A stretch of 64,000 bases of DNA from Acidimicrobiales bacterium (GCA_024638845.1 JAHEJN010000002.1:838-64837), one strand, 5' to 3'. Shown: positions 54,716 to 63,073, counted from the first letter of the stretch. Notes: generated by a model not told the origin, from the letters alone. A program made the numbers and translations.

Positions 54716-56152
54716 TCAGTCGCCGAGACGGCGACGCACTCGGGGCAACAACGGCCCGAACCGACGGCTCCGCAGACATCCCACCCAGACACCCGTGCCG
54801 TAGGCGACATCGTCGGCCACCGAGAGCGCGGCGCCCCGAATGATCCCCACTCGTGGCCGATTCCGGATCTCGTCGACGAGCGGATACCCGAGAAACGCGA
54901 TGGCGCACGCTCGTCGGAGGCGCCGGGATCCGAGCGCGGCGACGGCGACAACGGGCCACCATTCGCGGCGCAACGTCTCGCACAACTTGCGTCCGGCGGC
55001 AAGGTTGCCCCTTCCGCCGAGCTCCAACGCGACCGCGACCGGCCGATCGACGACGCCGGTCAGCCGGCGGGCCAGCAACACCGTCGACACCCCGGCTGTG
55101 AGCGGCCCCACGAGGCGGAATCGGCCCGGCGAGAACGCACCGAGGGTCCACGAGACCGCCGTCCACGGGTGCATCTCGATGGCGGCGAGGCGGCCGGGAT
55201 GACGACGATCGAGGTCGGCCGCGCTGAGGCCGTAGCGATACCGCTGCTGCAGCCACGACATGACCGTGGGTCGGGACCGATGCGTGACCGTCACCGCCGG
55301 CTCGTACCGCACGGTGCCCAGCTCCAGCAGTCGCCAGACGAGGTCGACGTCCTCGCCGACCGCCAGCCGCCGATCGAAGCCGCCTGACTCGACCAACGAC
55401 TCGCGCCGCACCAGTAGGGCAGCCGAGGGCACGAAGGTGACGGCACCCACGCCCACCCGAGCCGGCCCGGCACCCCGATCGATCGGACCGTGATCGTGTT
55501 CGAACCGGCTGAGCAGGCTCGTGGCCGGCCCGTTGACCCCCGACACCCGCGGGGCAACCGCGACGACGTCGTCGTCGCCGAGATACGCGAGAAGTGGCTC
55601 GAGCCAACCACGATCGGGGACACAGTCGGCGTCCACGAAGGCGACCACCGGTTGGCTCGTCGCTCGCCACCCGCGCTCCCGAGCAGCACCGGGCCCGCCA
55701 ATCGCGTCGTTGACCAGGAGCCGGACGCGATGGCGTTCGGCCACTTCCCCGACCTCCGGGTCCGTCGAACCGTCGTCGACCACGACGACGTCGGCCACGC
55801 CATCGAGAGCGCCGCTGCCGAGCAACCGGTCGAGCCCCTCTGCGTCGTCGAGCACCGGGATCACCACCGCCACCTCGTCACGACGCGGACCGGAACGATC
55901 GGTGAGGGGGTGGGCGAAGCCGGCATCGAGGAGCCGACGGGCCAGCATCCGGGCCGAGGGCGTGGCCGCGTCGTGACCGGCCGCGAGCTGGTCGAACACC
56001 TCCGACCCGGCGTCGGTGAGACGCAGGATCCGCCGCGGCGTCCCACCGGTCAGGGTGTGGCCGCGACGTCGCACCCGGCGGTCGATACGCAGCCGCAACG
56101 AGCACGTCCGGGGGTTGGAGCCGATCACGCCCGCAACGCTAGGGTGTCGCAT
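54716..56152 (-). CDS. mftF: Mycofactocin-associated glycosyltransferase
   Basis: GT2 core VVIPVLDD...VVVDDGSTD...FVDADC, followed by multi-TM C-terminal segments. It is divergent from mftA. The Met at 56152 was chosen so that it does not overlap mftA. Confidence 0.8.
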   Translation of the reverse strand: MRHPSVAGVIGSNPRTCSLRLRIDRRVRRRGHTLTGGTPRRILRLTDAGSEVFDQLAAGHDAATPSARMLARRLLDAGFAHPLTDRSGPRRDEVAVVIPVLDDAEGLDRLLGSGALDGVADVVVVDDGSTDPEVGEVAERHRVRLLVNDAIGGPGAARERGWRATSQPVVAFVDADCVPDRGWLEPLLAYLGDDDVVAVAPRVSGVNGPATSLLSRFEHDHGPIDRGAGPARVGVGAVTFVPSAALLVRRESLVESGGFDRRLAVGEDVDLVWRLLELGTVRYEPAVTVTHRSRPTVMSWLQQRYRYGLSAADLDRRHPGRLAAIEMHPWTAVSWTLGAFSPGRFRLVGPLTAGVSTVLLARRLTGVVDRPVAVALELGGRGNLAAGRKLCETLRREWWPVVAVAALGSRRLRRACAIAFLGYPLVDEIRNRPRVGIIRGAALSVADDVAYGTGVWVGCLRSRRFGPLLPRVRRRLGD

Positions 56153-56188
56153 CGGCGACTGCCGACCCCCGGTACCAAGGAGGCTCCC

Positions 56189-56332
56189 ATGGCACCTTCC
56201 GACGATGTCGAGACCGACCGCGACGCCGACGCCGGCACCGATCCGGTGTCGGTCGAGGGAACCGATGCGCTCGTCACCGACGAGGTATTGGTCGAGGAGA
56301 TCTCGATCGACGGCATGTGCGGGGTGTACTGA
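56189..56332 (+). CDS. mftA: Mycofactocin precursor peptide
   Basis: 47 aa: MAPSDDVETDRDADAGTDPVSVEGTDALVTDEVLVEEISIDGMCGVY, with the hallmark C-terminal IDGMCGVY. RBS AAGGAGG at 56177-56183. Confidence 0.95.
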   Translation: MAPSDDVETDRDADAGTDPVSVEGTDALVTDEVLVEEISIDGMCGVY

Positions 56333-56607
56333 TCGCCGCCACCGCCTCCTTCGAGACCGACCGGGCGCTACGACTGTCGCCCCAGGTCGGGCTTCGACCC
56401 GAGCCCTTCGGTGCACTGGCGTATCACTTCGACTCGCGCCGCCTGGTGTTCCTCAAGTCGCAAGAGCTGGTCGAGCTCGTCCAGGCACTGTCCCGGCATC
56501 GCACCGCGGCCGACGCCGTGTCGGCCGCGCCATCGACCCATTCGCCGGCGAGCTACATCGCCGCGCTGGCCTCGCTCGAGGAAGCCGGAGTCATCTGTGA
56601 GCAGTAG
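56317..56607 (+). CDS. mftB: Mycofactocin biosynthesis chaperone (RRE protein)
   Basis: LRLSPQVGLRPEPFGALAYHFDSRRLVFLKS is a typical MftB N-terminus. Its GTG start overlaps the mftA 3' end. Confidence 0.85.
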   Translation: MRGVLIAATASFETDRALRLSPQVGLRPEPFGALAYHFDSRRLVFLKSQELVELVQALSRHRTAADAVSAAPSTHSPASYIAALASLEEAGVICEQ

Positions 56608-57727
56608 CACCCCCGCCCTGGTCGACCAGCTGAAGAGCGGGCTCGATGCACCGATCTGCCTGACCTGGGAGCTCACCTACGCCTGCAATCTCGAGTGCGT
56701 GCACTGCCTGAGCTCGTCGGGCCGACGCGACCAGCGAGAGCTCAGCACCGCCGAGGCCCGACGTGTCATCGACGAGCTTCGTGACCTGCAGGTCTTCTAC
56801 GTCAACATCGGAGGCGGCGAGCCGCTGGTCCGACGCGACTTCTTCGAGATCCTCGAGTACTCGATCGACAACCACGTCGGCGTGAAGTTCTCGACCAACG
56901 GCTACCTCCTCGACCAGGCCAAGGCCGATCACCTGGCCACGCTCGACAACGTCGACGTCCAACTGAGCCTCGACGGTGCCGATGCGGCGACCAACGACCC
57001 CATCCGGGGTGAGGGCTCCTACGCCGCCGTACGCCGGGCGATCGACAACCTCGGGAGGGCCGGCTTCGAGAACTTCAAGATCAGCGTCGTCGCCACCCGC
57101 CACAACGTGAGCCAGATGGACGCCTTCGAGCAGCTCGCAGGCGATCACGGCGCCGAGCTGCGCGTCACCCGACTGCGCCCGTCGGGCCGAGGCGCCGATG
57201 TCTACCACGAGCTACGCCTGACCCAGCCCCAACAGGTCGACCTCTACCACTGGTTGCTCGCCCGCCCCCACGTCCTCACCGGCGACTCGTTCTTCCACCT
57301 CTCGGCGCTGGGTGAGCCGTTGCCCGGGCTCAACCTCTGCGGCGCCGGACGAGTGGTGTGCCTCATCGATCCGGTGGGTGACGTCTACGCCTGCCCGTTC
57401 GTGATCCACGACGAGTTCCTGGCCGGCAACGTCCGATCACCCGGCGGATTCCGTCGGGTGTGGACACAGTCCGAGCTCTTCGGTGCGCTGCGCGAGCCCG
57501 ACAACCCCGGGGCGTGCGCCAGCTGCGGATCGTACGACGCGTGCGGCGGAGGGTGCCTCGCCACCAAGTTCTTCACCGGCCTTCCTCTCGCCGGCCCCGA
57601 TCCCGATTGCGTGTTCGGCAACGCCGACGACGCCCTCTCCGGCATCGATCCGCAGTCAGTGCCGCGAGCCAGCCAGGATCACAGCAAGCCGGCGCGAACC
57701 AAGGTGGTGCTGACCCGAAAGGGTTGA
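56597..57727 (+). CDS. mftC: Mycofactocin radical SAM maturase (rSAM-SPASM)
   Basis: GLDAPICLTWELTYACNLECVHC (CxxxCxxC) and the C-terminal SPASM Cys pattern (CGAG..VC, ACPF, CASCGSYDACGGGC). The GTG at 56597 gives the usual short N-terminus. Confidence 0.95.
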   Translation: MSSSTPALVDQLKSGLDAPICLTWELTYACNLECVHCLSSSGRRDQRELSTAEARRVIDELRDLQVFYVNIGGGEPLVRRDFFEILEYSIDNHVGVKFSTNGYLLDQAKADHLATLDNVDVQLSLDGADAATNDPIRGEGSYAAVRRAIDNLGRAGFENFKISVVATRHNVSQMDAFEQLAGDHGAELRVTRLRPSGRGADVYHELRLTQPQQVDLYHWLLARPHVLTGDSFFHLSALGEPLPGLNLCGAGRVVCLIDPVGDVYACPFVIHDEFLAGNVRSPGGFRRVWTQSELFGALREPDNPGACASCGSYDACGGGCLATKFFTGLPLAGPDPDCVFGNADDALSGIDPQSVPRASQDHSKPARTKVVLTRKG

Positions 57728-57740
57728 CTACGGTCGGGGG

Positions 57741-58556
57741 ATGACCATCACCGAATCCGGCAAAGCGTCCGTCGACGGGGTCGAGCTCACGCCCAAGGAG
57801 ATCACGTTCCCCCTCCCCGAGCCCTTCGCCACCGTCGAGGAGGAACGAGCCCACCGCAAGGCCAAGCTGGCCGGCGCGCTGCGCATCTTCGGTCGCCTCG
57901 GCTTCGGCGAGGGCGTCGCCGGCCACATCACGGTGCGCGACCCGGAGTTCCCCGACCACTTCTGGGTGAACCCCTTCGGCATGAGCTTCCGTCACATCAA
58001 GGCGAGCGACCTCATCCTGGTCAATCACCAGGGCGAGGTCGTCTACGGTCACTCGCCTCTGAACACCGCTGCCTACGTGCTGCACTCGGCCATCCATTCG
58101 GCCCGTCCCGAAGTCGTGGCCGCGGCCCATGCCCACAGTGTGTACGGCAAGGCGTTCAGCTCACTCGGCCTTCCGCTCGCTCCGCTCACCCAGGACTCGT
58201 GCATCTTCTACGACGACCACGCGGTGATCGCCGAGCAGGGGGGCGCGGTCGTGTTCGAGATCGACGCCGGCAAGGAGTTCGCGGCGAAGTTCCCCAGCGG
58301 GAAGGCCGCCATCCACCAGAACCACGGGCTGTTCACGGTCGGCGAGACCGTCGACGAGGCGGCATTCTGGTTCATCAGCATGGAACGCTCGTGCCAGGCC
58401 CAGCTGCTGGCCATGGCGGCCGGCGAGCCTCACCACATCAGCGCCGAGTACGCCACCTACACCCGTGAACAGACCGGCTACCCGCTCGCCGGCTGGTTCC
58501 AGTTCCAGCCGCTGTGGCAGGAGATCTGCGCCACCGACCCGGAGATCTTCGACTGA
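57741..58556 (+). CDS. Class II aldolase/adducin domain protein
   Basis: GHITVRDPE...FWVNPFG, NTAAYVLHSAIH, AAHAHS (metal His), and HGLFTVGETV. It starts 13 nt after mftC. Confidence 0.85.
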   Translation: MTITESGKASVDGVELTPKEITFPLPEPFATVEEERAHRKAKLAGALRIFGRLGFGEGVAGHITVRDPEFPDHFWVNPFGMSFRHIKASDLILVNHQGEVVYGHSPLNTAAYVLHSAIHSARPEVVAAAHAHSVYGKAFSSLGLPLAPLTQDSCIFYDDHAVIAEQGGAVVFEIDAGKEFAAKFPSGKAAIHQNHGLFTVGETVDEAAFWFISMERSCQAQLLAMAAGEPHHISAEYATYTREQTGYPLAGWFQFQPLWQEICATDPEIFD

Positions 58557-58631
58557 GCCTCCGCTGCTCGGCGACAGCATCTGTTGGCGTGATGGTCCAC
58601 GATCGGGGGCCGCCCGTGGGAAACTGATGCA

Positions 58632-60026
58632 GTGATCCCCCGGAGCCCACGGCAGATCTGTCGCCGTATCGTGACCGCAGCAGTCCTCGTCGCCGTTGCC
58701 GTCCCGGTATCGGCCGCATCCTCCGGTGCCGACCCCGACGTCACCCCGATCGAGCCCACGACACCGTCCGGCTCCGTACGCGCCGCGGCCTTCGACCAGG
58801 TGTATGTCAGCGCCGGCCTCGACGGCAGCGGCAGCGACTACTCGTTCGTGTATCCCGGAAACAGCACCGATGTGGTCACCGGCGACTGGAACGGCGATGG
58901 CCAAACCGGCTTCGCCAGTCGTTCGGCCAACGTCTTCACGCTCCTCGACGAGAAGGGCTACTTCTCCGGCACCGCCGCGTACGGGCAGGCGACCGATCGG
59001 CTCGTGATCGGCGACTGGGACGGCAACCGATCCGACACCTTCGGTGTACGTCGCGGCAACCAGTACTTCCTCCGCAACCACGCCTCCACCGGCGTGGCCG
59101 ACATAGTCCTGGCCTACGGTCAGGCGACCGACGAGTTGTTCGTCGGTGACTGGAACGGCGACGGCACCGACACCTTCGCCGTACGCCGCGGCAACATCTT
59201 CTTCGTCCGCAACTCGATCACCACCGGTGTCGCCGACACCGTCTTCGCCTACGGTCGGGCCGGCGACGAGACCTACGTCGGTGACTGGAACGGCGACGGC
59301 ACCGACACCTTCGCCGTACGCCGCGGCAACGAGTTCTTCATCCGCAACGACTTCCGCACCGGTGTGGCCCAGCTCACCTTCCAGCTCGGGCTCGCCAGCG
59401 ATCGAGTGGTGGTCGGCGACTTCGACGGCGACGGTGACGACACCTTCGCCCTCCTGCGAAACGTCGACGGAGCCGTACCGGCCGAGCGCAACGTCGTCGC
59501 CCAGGGCTACACGCCGTTCGGCTCCGCCGGCGGTGTCGTGTTCGTCCATCCCTCGACGCAGGTCGAGCTCATCGGTTTCCATCAGGGCGCCCATCCGGGA
59601 AGCCAAGAGCTGAGCGTGGCCGCCACAGCGGTGGCGAACACCAACCTCCCCAGTCGGGGCAGGGGTACCGGGCTGCGCAGTGCCGCCGACATCGTCGTCG
59701 AGCCCCACCGGACCATCCGGTCGCCGGTGAGCGGCACCGTCCGGGTGTCGGGCACCTATGCGCTGTACTGCCAGTTCAGCGATGACTTCCTGTACATCGC
59801 CCCTGACGCACAGCCCACCTGGGAAGTTCGGATCTACCACATCGACGGCGTGCAGGTGCAGGCCGGCGATCGGGTCGAGGCCGGCATCACCGTCATCGCC
59901 CCGCAACCCACCCAGTTGCCGTTCGACTCCCAGGTCGACGACTACACCGCGGAGCCGTCGTGGCCCCACGTGCACGTCGAGCTCATCGATCTGTCGATTC
60001 CTGCCAACGGCAACGGCGGTTGCTGA
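58632..60026 (+). CDS. Secreted FG-GAP/VCBS-like repeat protein with a C-terminal M23/LytM-like domain
   Basis: Signal peptide ...AVAVPVSAASSGA, then five ~45-aa repeats GDWNGDG.DTFAVRRGN.FF.RN. The C-terminus has GDRVEAGITVIA and WPHVHVE (HxH). The M23 call is tentative. Confidence 0.65.
   Translation: MIPRSPRQICRRIVTAAVLVAVAVPVSAASSGADPDVTPIEPTTPSGSVRAAAFDQVYVSAGLDGSGSDYSFVYPGNSTDVVTGDWNGDGQTGFASRSANVFTLLDEKGYFSGTAAYGQATDRLVIGDWDGNRSDTFGVRRGNQYFLRNHASTGVADIVLAYGQATDELFVGDWNGDGTDTFAVRRGNIFFVRNSITTGVADTVFAYGRAGDETYVGDWNGDGTDTFAVRRGNEFFIRNDFRTGVAQLTFQLGLASDRVVVGDFDGDGDDTFALLRNVDGAVPAERNVVAQGYTPFGSAGGVVFVHPSTQVELIGFHQGAHPGSQELSVAATAVANTNLPSRGRGTGLRSAADIVVEPHRTIRSPVSGTVRVSGTYALYCQFSDDFLYIAPDAQPTWEVRIYHIDGVQVQAGDRVEAGITVIAPQPTQLPFDSQVDDYTAEPSWPHVHVELIDLSIPANGNGGC
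58881..59484 (+). repeat. Five ~135-bp in-frame coding repeats (FG-GAP-like), including a 55-bp perfect direct repeat
   Basis: cgtcggtgactggaacggcgacggcaccgacaccttcgccgtacgccgcggcaac occurs at 59141-59195 and again at 59276-59330. Confidence 0.85.
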
Positions 60027-60039
60027 CCTCCTCTCCGGG

Positions 60040-61065
60040 TCAGCTCTCGTCGGATGTACCGGCGACGAAGGTCGCTACGAACAGGCTCATGATGTCGGCC
60101 ACGACCTCGTCGCGTACATGTCGACCGTCCTCGCCCCAGGCCAGATCGCGGTGCGACTGAGTGACGATCTCGTAGCTCGGGAAGTAGTGGACGTTCTCGT
60201 GAGCGGCCGCGGCCTCCTCGGCCACCGTGCGCAGGAGCGACTTCGAGTACGCGTTGGCGAGCACCACGTCGCGATCGGAGAAGGTGGCCATCAGCGGCAC
60301 CGGGGACACGGTGACGATCATCTGCACGTCGGGGTGCCCGTGTGCGTTCAGCGTCGAGACCGCCCGCTCGAGGGCGGCTGCGTTCTGATCGAAGGAGGTG
60401 ACCTCGAAGCGATAACGATCGGGATGCATTTCTCGCATGATCGCAATTGGTGTCATGTTGAGATAGCACCCGGCCCACTCGTCGAACCAGGTCTCCACCA
60501 GGCCGAGCGTCATCACGACGATCCGGGTGCGCCGCAATCGCGCGTACACGTCGGCGATGATCGATCGCCGCTCGAGGGTCGTGGCTCGATCGACCCACTT
60601 GAGCGTGGGATTCGTGTGCGGATCGATGGTCGTGCCGTCGGGCAGGTCGACCAGGGACTCGACCGGAAAGGGCGCAGCCGGGTCGATGGCCCAGCGGATC
60701 TCGTTCTCGATGGCGAAGGTCGTGTACTTGTTGGTGAACCCACGCCCGGTGACCTGGTCGTTGGCCACTTCGAAGGCGTCGAACTCGTCGGCGTAGCTCG
60801 GCACGGCGAAGCCGCGCTGCACCATGGCCAGCTCGATCCCTCGTGCGAAGCACGACCCGATGGCGAACATCTCGTCACGGGGATCGACGCGGAGTGGACT
60901 CGGGGGCACGGTGGGCCGGAACACAGGCTGGGCCAGCCGCTGAACCGCGAAGTTGCCGGTGACGTCGCGCACGTCGATGCCGTTCTTGTACCAGCGTGCA
61001 TGCGGGTTCTCGCCGAAGTTCTTCGCCGCTGACCCGCTGTCGAATGATTGAAGCGCCAACTTCAC
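60040..61065 (-). CDS. GSCFA domain protein
   Basis: The eponymous motif FAIGSCFARGIE, with SGNH-like spacing (VMTLGLVE). Confidence 0.8.
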   Translation of the reverse strand: MKLALQSFDSGSAAKNFGENPHARWYKNGIDVRDVTGNFAVQRLAQPVFRPTVPPSPLRVDPRDEMFAIGSCFARGIELAMVQRGFAVPSYADEFDAFEVANDQVTGRGFTNKYTTFAIENEIRWAIDPAAPFPVESLVDLPDGTTIDPHTNPTLKWVDRATTLERRSIIADVYARLRRTRIVVMTLGLVETWFDEWAGCYLNMTPIAIMREMHPDRYRFEVTSFDQNAAALERAVSTLNAHGHPDVQMIVTVSPVPLMATFSDRDVVLANAYSKSLLRTVAEEAAAAHENVHYFPSYEIVTQSHRDLAWGEDGRHVRDEVVADIMSLFVATFVAGTSDES

Positions 61066-61132
61066 TCCCGTTCCGAGGGCGGACGGGTGCAGACTAGTTC
61101 GTCACGGGGCCCGCCCCGCAGGTGACCTCACA

Positions 61133-62848
61133 TCAGGTCTTCATCACACCCTTGTCGACCAGGCCGTTGACGGCGCTCACGACGGCACGGAACGATGCGG
61201 TGAGGATCGACGGGTGGAGACCAACGCCCCAGACCGTGTCGCGATCGCCCGTGTCGACCTCGACGTAGGCTGCGGCGCTGGTATCGGAGCCGGTGCCGAC
61301 CGCATGCTCCACGTAGTCGACGAGCTTGCCCTCGAATAGCCCGGCGTCTCGCAGCGCGGTGACGAAGGCGTCGATGGGTCCGTTGCCCTCGCCCTTCACC
61401 TTGACCTCGGTGCCCTTCACCAGCAGATGCGCGCTGACCTTGGCCCCCTGATCCTCGTCGCTGGTCGTGCGGGTCTTGTGGCTGAGGAGCTCGACCATCG
61501 GATCGGGCGATTCCACGTACCGCGTCATGAACCGGCGGTGGATCTCATACGACGTGATCTCGGTCCCCGACTCCTCGGTGACGGCCTGGATCTTCTGCGA
61601 GAACGCCACCTGCAGGGCGCGGGGAAGATCGAGGCCGTACTCGTGGAGCAGCACGTAGGCGACCCCACCCTTGCCCGACTGGCTGTTCACCCGGATGACC
61701 GCCTCGTAGCTCCGGCCGAGGTGTTTCGGGTCGATCGGCAGGTACGGCACGTCCCAGACCTCGTAGTCGCCGGTGAGGCGACTCCCCTCCTCTGCGTGAT
61801 AGATGGCAGCCATACCCTTCTTGATGGCGTCTTGATGACTCCCCGAGAACGACGTGTACACCAGGTCCCCCACCCACGGATGACGAGGGCCGATGGGCAG
61901 CCGGTTGGAGAACTCCACCACCCGGCGCATCTCGTCGATGTCGCTGAGATCGAGCTCGGGGTCGACGCCCTGCGTGAACAGGTTGATGGCTACGTTCACG
62001 AGATCGAGGTTGCCGGTGCGCTCACCGTTACCGAACAACGTGCCTTCGACCCGATCGGCGCCGGCCATTATCCCGAACTCCGCCGCGGCCACTCCCGTGC
62101 CGCGGTCGTTGTGGGGATGGAGCGATAGAACCACACTGTCGCGGTCCCTGATCGTGCGGTGGAAGCGCTCGATCAGGTCGCCGTAGAGGTTGGCGGTGGA
62201 CATCTCGACGGTCGCCGGGAGGTTGAAGATGATCGGCTGGGCCGGTGTCGGCTGGAACACGTCCATCACCGCTTCGCACACCTCGACCGCGAAGTCGGGC
62301 TCGGTGCCGGTGAAGCTCTCGGGTGAGTACTCCCATCGGATACCCGGGTTGTCGGCGATCTCGTAGCACGCCTGGCAGACCTCGGCGCCGGCCACCGCGA
62401 TGTCGACGATGCCCTTGCGGTCGGTCTTGAACACCACTCGGCGCTGGGTGGTCGACGTGGAGTTGTAGAGGTGCACGATCGCGTTCTCGGCCCCGTCGAT
62501 GGCCTCGAAGGTGCGCTCGATCAGCTCGCCGCGAGCCTGGGTGAGCACCTGGATGGTGACGTCGTCGGGAATGAGGTCGTCCTCGATGATGTGCCGGACG
62601 AAGTCGAAGTCGGGCTGGGACGCAGCCGGGAAGCCGACTTCGATCTCCTTGAAGCCGATTCTGACCAACAGGTCCCACATCCGCCGCTTCCGCGTGATGT
62701 CCATCGGGTCGACCAACGCCTGATTGCCGTCACGAAGATCGACCGAACACCAGATCGGAGCGGTCTCGATGCGCGTGTCGGGCCACGTGCGGTCGAGCAG
62801 CTCGACCGCGGGATACGGGCGATACTTCTCGAAGGGCATGCGGTTCAT
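61133..62848 (-). CDS. leuA: 2-Isopropylmalate synthase (long actinobacterial form)
   Basis: The Met at 62848 gives MNRMPFEKYRPYP...WCSVDLRDGNQAL...HPHNDRGTGVA. RBS AAGGA lies 8 nt upstream. Confidence 0.95.
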   Translation of the reverse strand: MNRMPFEKYRPYPAVELLDRTWPDTRIETAPIWCSVDLRDGNQALVDPMDITRKRRMWDLLVRIGFKEIEVGFPAASQPDFDFVRHIIEDDLIPDDVTIQVLTQARGELIERTFEAIDGAENAIVHLYNSTSTTQRRVVFKTDRKGIVDIAVAGAEVCQACYEIADNPGIRWEYSPESFTGTEPDFAVEVCEAVMDVFQPTPAQPIIFNLPATVEMSTANLYGDLIERFHRTIRDRDSVVLSLHPHNDRGTGVAAAEFGIMAGADRVEGTLFGNGERTGNLDLVNVAINLFTQGVDPELDLSDIDEMRRVVEFSNRLPIGPRHPWVGDLVYTSFSGSHQDAIKKGMAAIYHAEEGSRLTGDYEVWDVPYLPIDPKHLGRSYEAVIRVNSQSGKGGVAYVLLHEYGLDLPRALQVAFSQKIQAVTEESGTEITSYEIHRRFMTRYVESPDPMVELLSHKTRTTSDEDQGAKVSAHLLVKGTEVKVKGEGNGPIDAFVTALRDAGLFEGKLVDYVEHAVGTGSDTSAAAYVEVDTGDRDTVWGVGLHPSILTASFRAVVSAVNGLVDKGVMKT

Positions 62849-62861
62849 GGTCGATTCCTTG

Positions 62862-62913
62862 CTGATGGTTGGGGCTGATGGGTGGGGCTGATGGTTGGGG
62901 CTGATGGGTGGGG
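62862..62913 (-). repeat. 13-nt x4 tandem repeat in the leuA 5' UTR
   Basis: The plus strand reads ctgatgg(t/g)tgggg x4, alternating. The mRNA sense is CCCCA(C/A)CCAUCAG x4, ending 13 nt before the leuA ATG. Confidence 0.9.
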
Positions 62914-62920
62914 TTCGAGT

Positions 62921-62962
62921 CCGAAAAGCACGAAACCCTCCGGTGCCCGAAGGCACGGAGGG
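62921..62962 (-). terminator. Intrinsic terminator of the leuA attenuator
   Basis: mRNA sense: CCCUCCGUGCC-UUCG-GGCAC(C)GGAGGG, an 11-bp stem with one bulge and a UUCG tetraloop, followed by UUUCGUGCUUUUCGG. Confidence 0.6.
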
Positions 62963-62990
62963 TCTGGCAAGCACCTATGTGGGTGCTCGC

Positions 62991-63026
62991 CTACACGAGA
63001 AGAAGGAGGCTGCTGGAGGGACGCAT
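62991..63026 (-). CDS. Leucine-rich leader peptide of leuA (MRPSSSLLLLV)
   Basis: ATG CGT CCC TCC AGC AGC CTC CTT CTT CTC GTG TAG on the minus strand. Four consecutive Leu codons sit at 62997-63008. Two hairpins follow immediately, the second being terminator-like. It is too short to appear in the ORF track. Confidence 0.6.
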   Translation of the reverse strand: MRPSSSLLLLV

Positions 63027-63034
63027 CAACCACC

Positions 63035-63065
63035 AACGTAACCCGATTCGCACCCCGATGTCCAA
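63035..63065 (-). promoter_or_regulatory. Putative promoter for the leader transcript
   Basis: Minus strand reads TTGGAC (63065-63060), 18 nt, then TACGTT (63040-63035). The leader ATG lies 8 nt downstream of the -10, implying a leaderless or near-leaderless transcript. This is pattern matching only. Confidence 0.3.
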
Positions 63066-63073
63066 CCCCACCT

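Noticed and set aside
57741-58556. Whether the gene after mftC could be mftD or mftE.
   Set aside because: The sequence has class II aldolase/adducin hallmarks (GHITVRD, HSAIH, AHAHS). It has none of the features of FMN-dependent alpha-hydroxy-acid oxidases or creatininase-family peptidases.
61066-61132. A possible terminator between the convergent-looking GSCFA start region and the leuA stop (CGGGGC-CC-GCCCCG).
   Set aside because: A 2-nt loop is sterically implausible and there is no U tract, so it is not reported as a feature.
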